The notes under the pieces were generated by a model. The model ran no database searches. It was not told the DNA's origin and saw nothing but the letters and a program-made list of their open reading frames with translations. From assembly GCF_009914755.1 (NCBI RefSeq), contig NC_060947.1: a stretch of 64,000 nt of DNA. One strand, given 5' to 3'. A program made the translations under genes and the position numbers. This document shows, piece after piece, positions 53,261-64,000 of this stretch. This stretch comes from the human T2T-CHM13v2.0 reference genome, Homo sapiens. Every line of letters starts with the position of its first letter. The first letter of the stretch is position 1.

Positions 53261-53698
53261 AGCAGTTGGTTAATAAGGAAAATATAAAGTGGTGATGTAT
53301 AATATGAGACACTTTTTCAGCATGTCATTTTAACTTGAAATGTCTGAGTATACATTATTTGACCAGTTCTTTGATGTAGGGTCAAAGGATTTCCTTTGAT
53401 GATAGGTCACTGATTGGTATACTGCATTTTTTAAACAAGCAATACCCACGACACTGAAAAAAAAAGTCCGCTAGCACTTCACCATTAAATATGATGTTTA
53501 GTGTGGAAGTTTTTGATGGATGCTCTTAATCAGATTATGAAATTCTTTTCTATTGCTAGGTTGTAAGACTTTTTAAGAGTAATAAATATTGATTCTATCA
53601 AATTATTGTTCTGCTTCTATTGAGATAATAATACTTTTTTCTCCTTTGTTTATTATGCTGAATTACACTAATGGATTTTCCTAATGGCAAGCCAACCT

Positions 53699-54330
53699 TG
53701 TGAAACAGGATTTTAAAATGAAACTATTTCAATCTCAGTTTTGGCTGAGACCCCAAGACAACAAACAACATATTCCAATATAAGATGTGAGACCACGATG
53801 CTGGTCTTGTGAAGGAGGTAATTGCAAACTGGTTTTGTGACCCTTTGCTGACTACCAATCTCCACATCTAAAATAAGCTGGAAAGGCTGAAGAAAAAAGG
53901 CTTAAAGTTCAGAAGGAGTTCGAAGAAAGCTGTAGGTGTTCTGTGAGTCTGAAGTTCTCCCAGGGATTGGGGGCAAGGCTCACATTCACCTTAAACCTAG
54001 GGGAAGGAGCTTCAGGGGAACCACTTGAAAGCTGGATATTGTCACCTAGATCTCAGGAGACGTAATACACTGGTTTTCTACTCTATTTGATAAATATGAA
54101 CAACAGGAAGGTCTCAGAAAAACCTACAGCAGTATTCCATAAGAAAATAAATTTTCCTATCAGCTATGATAAGACATCAGCTACGTCCAGACAACGTTGA
54201 TGCTGGTTCCTAATACTATTAATCAAGAAAGAACTTACTCTTCTTTTTCCTGTCACCTATCCCCTCCTCTGCTGCAATTCTAGAGGTGTCAGAAAACTTC
54301 ATATGGCAGAAGAGAGTTAGAAATACTTTA
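53699..54330. mobile_element. Probable old LTR element, family not recognised
   Basis: Starts TG, is GC-richer than its surroundings and interrupts L1M sequence. Confidence 0.4.
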
Positions 54331-54339
54331 TGGAGAAAA

Positions 54340-55080
54340 TGTTGAAGGACATCTGTGTTGTTTCCAGTTCTTGGTTATTATAAATCAAGTTGCTATGAAG
54401 ATTTGTGTACAGATTTCTGGGGAAAAATAAATTTCCATTTCTCTAGGAGAAATACCGAAGAGTATAATTTCTGGGATGTATGATATAGGTATGTTTAGTT
54501 TTTTTATGAAACTGTCAAACTACTTTCTAGATTGGGTGTACCATTTTACATACCCACCAGCAACGGATGAATAATTCAGTTTCTTCTCATGTCCACCAGC
54601 ATTTGGTGTTGTCAACAGTTTTTTGTTTTTTTTTTGTTTTAGCCATTTTAATATGGTGTAGTGATATCTCTTGGTGGTTTTAATTTGCATTTCTCTAATG
54701 GTTAATAAAGTTGAACATATTTTCATATATTTCTTTGCCACTTGTATATTTCATTCAGTGAAATGTCTGTCTTTTACCCATTTTCTAATTGTATTATTTG
54801 TTTTTTACTATTAAGTTTTGAGAGTTAGTTACATATTCTAGACAATAGTCCTATTTCTTAGTTCTCTGTCTTATTCCTTTGATCTATGTGCCTATCCTTT
54901 TGCCAATACCACACTGTCTTGATTACTGTAGCTATGTGGTAAGCCTTAAGTTGGATAGAATGATTCCTCCCCCTTTATTCTTTTCTTCAAGATTCTTTTA
55001 GCTATCCCAGGGCCTGTGCCTTTCCATATAAATTTTACTATAAGGCTTGTCTATTTTTACAAAACTCCTTGCTGGAATTT
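54340..55080 (-). mobile_element. L1M (MB/MC) ORF2-end fragments
   Basis: [23 protein letters not shown] on the minus strand. Confidence 0.8.
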
Positions 55081-58057
55081 TCTTTTTAAAATTAATTTTT
55101 AAAAATAATTCGTATTGTGCATTATTAAGGTATACAACATGATGGCTGTGAGATACATACATATAGCAAAAAACGTTTACTAAAGTGAAGCAAACTAACA
55201 TATCCATCATCTCACATAGCCACTTTTCTTGTTTTTGTTTTTGTATTTCGGCACCAGCAGCTAAAATCTATTCATCTAGCATGAATCTTAAATACAATAC
55301 AATTTTGTTACCTATAGTTCTCATGTTGTACACTACATTTCTAGACTTTTTCAGCATAACATATCTGCTACTCTGTATCTTCTGACTTATATCTTCTGAT
55401 TTCCTCCCTACCTCCCCACCTTTGCCCCTGGTAGCCACTCTTTTGTTCTCTATTCCCTGTATATTTAATTCTTAAAAAAGATTTCACATATAAATGAGGT
55501 GATGTAATATTTTGTCTTCTGTTCCTGGCTTATTTCATTTAGCATAATGTCCTCCAGGCTCATCCGTGTAGTAAATGGCAAGATCTCATTCTTTTTTAGG
55601 GCTGAATAATATTCTATTGTGTATATACACTACATCTTCTTTATCCACTCATCTGATGATGGACACTTAGGTTGTTTATCTTTTCTATTGTGAGTAATGA
55701 TGCAATAAACATGGGTGTGCAGATATCTTTATAAGGTGATGATTTCACTTCCTTTGGGCATATGCCCAGAAGAGGGACTGCTGAGTCATACGGTAGTTCT
55801 GTTTTTAATTTCTTTAGAAACCTCCATACTGTTTTCCACAATGGCTGTACCAATCTACATTCCCACCAATAGTGCATAAGAGTTCCCTTTTCTCCACACC
55901 CTCACCAACATTTATCTTTTGGCTTTTTGATAATAGCCATACTAATGGGTGTGAGGTAAAATCTCATAGTGTATTTGATTTGCATTTCCCTAGTTATTAA
56001 TGGTATTGGGCACCTTCTCATATACCTGTTGGTGTTTTTTATGTCTTTGGAGAAATGTCAATTTAATTCTTTTTTTCCATCTTTTAATTGGTTTGTTTTC
56101 CTACAATTGAATTGTATGAGATATTCATAAATTTTGGACATCAAACCCTTATCAGATATATAATTTGCATTTTTTCTGGTATATAGGCTTCTGCTTCATT
56201 TTGTTGATTGTTTCATTTGCTCTGCAGAAGCTTTTTAGTTTTATGTAGTCTCATTTATTTATTTTTGCTTATGCGGACTTAACTTTTGGGGTGATATCCA
56301 AAAAATCATTGTCAGGCCCAATGTCAAGGAGTTTTTCCTGTATGTTCTCTTCTAGTAGTTTTACAGTTTTATGTTACATTTAGGTCTTTTAGCCATTTAG
56401 AGTTGATTATTGTGTATGGTGTAAGATAAGAGTCTGATTCAGTCTTTTGCATGTGGAAATCTGGTTTTTGTAGCACTGTTCATTGAAGAGACCATCCTTT
56501 CCCCGTTGTGTCTTCTGGTTTACCTTATTGAAAATTAGGTGACTGTATACATTTAGTTTTATTTCTGGGCTGTCTATTCTGTTTCTACTGGATGATAATG
56601 TGTACTCTTTTTGATGTGTTGTTGAATTCAGTATGCTAATATTTTTTTGAGGATTTTTGCATCAATGCTTATCAGAGAGACTGACCTGTAGTTTTATTTT
56701 CTTATGATATCATTGTCTGACTTAGTTATCAAGGTGATGGTGACTTCATAAAATGTTTTTGAAAGTATTTCTTCCAACTCTATTTTGGAAACGTTTAAGA
56801 AATATTAGTAGTAATTATTTGAATGTTTGATAGAATTCAGCTGTGAAGCTATGTAGTCCTGAGATTTTCATTTTGGAAGGTTTTATTTATTACTTCTTTC
56901 ATGTGTTTATTTGTTATTGGTCTGTTCATACTGTCTATTTCTTCCTGACGCAATTGATAGGTTTTATTTTTCTAAGAATTTGTCCATTTCCTATAGGTTA
57001 TCCAATCTGTTGGTATATAATTTTTCATAATAGTCTGTCACAATCCTTTTTATATCTGAGGCATTTTTTTGTAATTTCTTCACTTTATTATTGTATTTAT
57101 TTCAGTCTTCTCTCTTTTTTTCTTAGGCTAGCTAAGGGTGCGTTGATTTTGTTTATTTTTTTAAAAAAACTAACTCTTAGTTTTATGATTTTTTTCTATG
57201 GTTTTTCTGTTCTCTATTTTATTTCTTTCTATTTGGATTCTTATTACTTACTTCCTTCTGCTAATTTTGGGATAATTTGTTCTTCTTTTTCTAGTTCCTT
57301 GAGGTAATTGTTGAATGGACAATTATGTATATGTCTGTTAAGGTCCATTTGGTCAAAGTACATTTCAGTCCAATATTTTCTCATTATTTTTTTTTCTGGT
57401 TGATCTACCCATTATTCAAATTGAAGTATTGAATTATATTGCTATTCTTCCTCCATGTACATTAATATTTGATTTATGTATCTAGATGCTCCAATGTTGG
57501 GTGCCTATATATTTATAATTGTTATGTCCTTTTGATGAATTGACCTCTTTATCATTAAATAATGACTCTGTCTCTCGTGATAGTTTTGGTAACCATTTGC
57601 ATGGAATATCTTCTTCCATCCCTGCATTTTCAGCCAATGTGCACCCTTAAATTTTAAGTGGATATCTTGTAGGCAGCATATAGTCTATTTGGTTTGTTGT
57701 ACCTTCAGCCACTGCATATCTTTTGATTGGACAGTTTAATCCACTTACATTCAAGGTTATTATTGATAGGTAAGAGTTACTATTGCCAATTTGTTCATTG
57801 TTTTCTGGTTGTTTTGCAGATCTTTTCTTCCTTTCTTGTTGTCTACCTTTGTAGTTTTGTAGTTTGATAAGTTTTTGTAGTGCAAATCTTCATTTCCTTT
57901 CTCGTTACCACTTGTATGTCTGCTGTAGTGTTTCGTTTTGTGGTTAACATAAGGCTTACATAAAACATCTTAGAGTTATAATCAACTATTTTAAGCTGAT
58001 AACAACCTAAATTCTATTGCATATAAAAATGCTAGACTTTTACACCCCACTCACAGA

Positions 58058-58263
58058 TTTTTTTTTTTTAGAGATGTGGTCTTTCTCTGTTGCCCAGGCT
58101 GGGGTACAGTGGCACGATTATAGGATCATAGCTCACCAAAGCCTCAAACTCCTGGGTTTAAGCAATCTTCTCACCTCAGCCTCCTGATTAGCTGAGACTA
58201 CAGGCATGTACCATGATGCCTGGGTAATTAAAAAAAATTGTAGAGACTTATTGCCCAGGCTGG
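58058..58263 (-). mobile_element. 5'-truncated AluJ
   Basis: gatcatagctcac ... gcctcaaactcctgggtttaagcaatc; flanks cacagattt / cacaattt. Confidence 0.85.
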
Positions 58264-60158
58264 CACAATTTATGTTTCTGATGTCATGATTTATACCTTT
58301 TTATATTGTGTATTTCTTAACAACTTATTGTAGCTTTGGTTATTTTTTACCCTTTCCACTTTTAACCTTCATACTAGAGATATTTATACACCACCATTAC
58401 AGTATTGGAATATTCTGGATTTGACTATGTATTTACTTCTACCAATGAGTTTTATACTTTCATATCTATTCATGACAGTAATTATTGCCCTGTCATTTCC
58501 ACTTGAAGAAATGCCTTTAGTATTTCTTCTAGAGAAGGTCTAGTGATGATGAATTCCTACAGCTTTTGCTTGTCTGAAAAAATATTTCTACCTCATTTCT
58601 GAAAGACAGCTTAGCTGGGTACAATATTATTTGTTAGTAGGGTTTTTTTTTTCTTTCATCACTTTGAATATATCATCCCATTCTCTAATGGCTTTCAATG
58701 TTTCTGCTGAGAAATCCACTTACAGCCTAATGGGTATTCACTTATATCTGACTTGACACTTTTTTCCTGCTGCTTTAAAAATTCTGTCTTTGGCTTTTTA
58801 GAGTTTGCTATATTATGCCTTGGAGAATATCTCTTTGGGTTGTATCTGTTTGGGGGCTTTTATATTTCATGGATCTGGATGTCTAAATCTGTCCCAAGAC
58901 TTGAGAGGTTTTCAGCAATTATTTCATTAAATAATTTTTCTGTCTCTTTCTCTGTCTCCTCTCCTCTGTAACTCCCATAATGTGAAAATATGTTCATTTA
59001 ATGGCGTCCTATATGTCCTATAAGCTGTCTTCATTCTCTTTTGTTCTTTTTTTCACTCTAAGTAATTTTAAAAGACCTATTTTCAAGATTTTTTTCTTCT
59101 GCTTGCTCCAGTCCGCTGTTAAAGCTCTCTGTTGAATTTTTATTTCATTGAATGAATTCTTCGGTTCCAAGATTTGTTTACTTTTTTTAATCATATCTAT
59201 GTCTTTGTTGAATTTCTTATTCAGATCCTAAATTGTTTTCCTAATTTCACTGAATTGTCCATTTATGTTCTCTTATATCTCACTCAGTTTCCTTAAGATC
59301 ATTATTTTGAATTCATTTTCAGGCAATCCATAAATTTCCATGGAGGAGGAGGTCACTTACTGGAGAACTATTGTGTTCCTTTGGTAGTGGCATGTTCCCT
59401 TGCTTTTTAAATGTTTCCTGTATCACTGTGTTGATATCTGCACATCTGGTGACCCAGTCACTTCTTCCAGACTCTATAGAGTGGCTTTCATAGGGAAAGA
59501 CTTTCACCTGCAGACAAGCCTGAGAGTGCTGATTAGGAAAGGTGCAGTGGTTCTGATAATGCGTAAATGCAGTAGTGTTGTCTTTATGCAGTTCCTTTGG
59601 CTATGATCAATGTCATCAATGACTGCAGGTGACTCAGTGTTCTAAGCTGCATAGATTTGTAGCAGTGATGGTGGCTGTGTAGGTTATTAGGGCAAGGGTT
59701 TTAGGGATTCTTCTGTTCTTATTTTCCCCACAGTGGGAAGTCTTAGCTGAGATAATCTCTCTTGGTCTCAGGTCTGCCATATTCCAAAGGCAGCCACAAG
59801 TGGCAAGGAGATCCAGAGCACAGGTGCTCAGAGCAGCTATGGAGCTGGGTTCCTGGGCTTGTGAAACTACTGTATCACTTGGGACTTGAGGCACAGGTTC
59901 ACTTTCCAAGGCATGGGTGGATGTAACTAAGCTGTTCCTCTGAGACACACCCCAACAGTTCAGGCCTAGGGGACCGGAATGTAGCTGCAGTTCTGACCCT
60001 GCCGGGTACAGCAATGTCACAGCTCTAGGGAAGAAAGGGTGCCCCAGAAGCTTGGGCCCTGAAGAACAGGGTACAATTGCAATTCAGGACCCAGAATGAA
60101 CAGGGCACGGTGGCAGCTCAGACCCTGTAGGGTGACATATCATAAAGTAGTAGCTCTG

Positions 60159-61532
<1,374 letters not shown>

Positions 61533-62729
61533 AAAGTGGTAACTCTGGACCCTAAAAGGGTGAGACACAGCAGTATTCCAGGTTCTGTGAGGCTGGGTGC
61601 AGCAGCAGCACAGACCCAAGAATGTCAAGATGCTATTGTGGTTTGGGCCCGGGAGAAGAAGCAAAGCAATGACCCCACTGCTCAGAGGCAGGGCACCTTA
61701 GCAGCTCAGGCTGTGAGGGGTTAGTCACTTCCAGGGAGGCGAGCACGGTGGCTGTTTGGTCTGGAGGGTGGCCTAGGACATCTTACCCAAGATTTGATTT
61801 CCTGGGACATAAGGCACTGAATCTGCTTGTTCCCAGAAAGTGTGGCTACACGGGCTGGTGGTGCCTCCAGATCCCAGGTGAGGTTTCTATGTTAGCTGTT
61901 GCACTGGGGGTGCAACCTCTCTGGTGTGCTGGGGGCTCAGAGCTCCTGAGAGACAGGATGCTGCCTTGGCTGTGGTGCCACAAGTGCAACTGCTCCAGAG
62001 TGCAGGAAACCAGCGGTCTCTGGGAAGCTGAGCTCCAATTTAGCTCAGCCCTAAATGGAGGGTGTATCAGTGGCTGGGATGGGGGTGGAATGAAGCAGCT
62101 TCATGGTAGCTTGGCCCTAGGGGGTAATACATAGCAGCACCTTGAGTCAAGGATGGTATGCTACTGGGCAAGTGTGCTGGAGTGGCAGCAAAACCTCAGA
62201 GATGGAGGGGTGCAATGGCTACTCACCCCCAGAGCAGGACATACTCTAGTAGTGGCTCCAGTTCCAAGATGGTGCAGCACAGTAGCAGCACAGGCCACAG
62301 GGAGAGGGGAGGTGGTAGGACACAGCATCAGCTCCTTCTCTGAGGGTAGCTCTAGGAACCTCCCTCAGCTAGGCTCAGAGCCTGTGAGGACTGCGGGAGT
62401 TTCTGCTAGTGAAGAGGGCAGGTGTCTGCAGTGGTGATGGGAACTGCTGGGGTCCTCTTGCTTACCTTTGCACTGCAGGAAGGAATCCCACTTGGTTCTG
62501 AGGTAATTCTAATCGAAGGAATGGGGTGACAGAGGCAAAGTATTTCCTCCCCTTCTCTATGTAGCCATCTTGGGTTTCTGTACTTTACAGGATTTCTGAT
62601 GCATCATTGCTGTTCCCCAGAGCTCTCGCCCTGTTATTTTGGTCAAAATGTTGTTGTTTTATTGTTTTTTTGTGTGTGGGGGTGGAGCGGAGAGTGCTAA
62701 GAGCTTCTAGTTGGCTGTCTGGCTAATGT

Positions 62730-64000
62730 CATTGACTCACATTTCTCTGATTTTCTTCTCTATATTTTTTGTGGATATATTCTGTTATCTTTTTTTAAAT
62801 ATCTTATGTTGGACCCTCATCTGGCTCATTTTTATCCTATCTTTCTTTTTCAAAGGTACTGATTTAACATTATACATTTTATTTTACACACTGCTTTAGC
62901 TGCATCCATCATTTCATCATTTCTATATTTTAATATAAAATCTTTCATTTTTTAGTTCCATTTTCTAATACCCATTTATGATTTCTCCTTTGTCTGTGAG
63001 TTGTTTAGAATAGTGTATGTTTATGGATATATGTGTGTCTTTTAATTTCCAGAAGTTTGGAGGTATTAGTTATCTTACTTATTTTTAACTTTATTGAGTC
63101 ATGATCAGAGAATGACGGCTCTATGAGCTAAGATTATTTGAAATGTGTTGAGACTTGCTTTATATCACAGAATATGGTTCATTTTCATAAATGAAATATT
63201 TTATTTTACCATATTTTGCACTAGTCTCTTCATTGTAAAATTTAACATAAATTTCTTAGATCATGATTGTTTAATTCTATTTTTCAAATCATCTATGAGT
63301 TTAATTATTTATTTCTGCTTATGCTTAATTACTGATAAATGAGTAAAACTCTTCCATCATGATGTTGCAAATTTCAGTTTAAAAGATTGTCAAGTTTTGC
63401 ACTATATATTTTGATGCTTTTATTTCCTTTGGGTAATTGTAAACTTTTAGAAGCACTCTTTAATCCTAGTAATAATTTTTACCTTAAATATTACTTAAAT
63501 GGGAAATCATGTAGCTATGCAAGCTTTCTTTTGATACTATAGGCCAGTATACACTTTTCCATTCCTTTATTTCAACTTTTCTGTATTATTATATTTTAGA
63601 TATTTATTTCCTACAGGGTATATAGCTGGCTCTTAGTTTTTATTGAATCTGGAAATCTCCATATATATTAACCAGAAAACTCACTTCATTCACATTTATT
63701 ATGATTTCTGATATATCTGGATTTATTTCTACCATTTGTTTTTTGTTTCTCTGTGTTTCTGCTTTTTTCTAGATTGTGCCTTCTTTGGCAAGCAGTAATT
63801 TATTTATAATACTTATTTCACTTTATTATTTTTATTTTGGTAAAAAGCAAGTAAAAAAATAGAAATTCACACTCAAAGTTTAAGTGTACAGTATTGTATT
63901 GTCAACTATAAGTACAACAAATTTACAGAACATTTTTATCTTAAATGACTAAACTATAACAAATTTACAGAACGTTTTCATTGTAAATGACCAAACTCAG
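62730..64000 (-). mobile_element. Highly diverged L1M fragments (ORF2 endonuclease region; separate 3' end from ~63820)
   Basis: T-rich; actgctttagctgcatcc, atacttttccattcctttatttcaac-like blocks and ttaagtgtacag. Confidence 0.65.

Noticed and set aside
63915-63998. ~43-bp tandem duplication (similar 34-bp one at ~24232-24299)
   Set aside because: Ordinary slippage duplications inside decayed L1.

Overview
AT-rich, CpG-poor primate (human-like) genomic DNA, mostly interspersed repeats: L1 of many ages, L2, MIR, Alu, MaLR/ERVL LTRs and MER/Tigger DNA transposons. I found no intact protein-coding gene, RNA gene or CRISPR array. Most ORFs in the supplied track are repeat-derived or chance. The main signal lies in the short unique islands between repeats: about 25 candidate minus-strand exons from ~46.8 kb down to base 7. 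Most have polypyrimidine-AG acceptors and GT donors, and several have compatible phases. Their translations repeatedly show RGS-domain-like motifs (LHFWMHL; YIF..RFLESRAPLD; DTAE...PW; VLKYM*..YYLP/RF; ELLRCDLF) resembling RGS22/RGSL1 but broken by stops and frameshifts. I interpret this as a decayed, intron-containing multi-RGS-domain gene that continues past the left edge. The family assignment rests on remembered motifs, not a database search. Secondary observations include a converging inverted L1 pair, a three-level L1>MST>THE1 nest, a 150-bp local duplication, a repeated retrotransposition target site with unique cargo, and a tail-less Alu. Repeat subfamily names and many boundaries are approximate.
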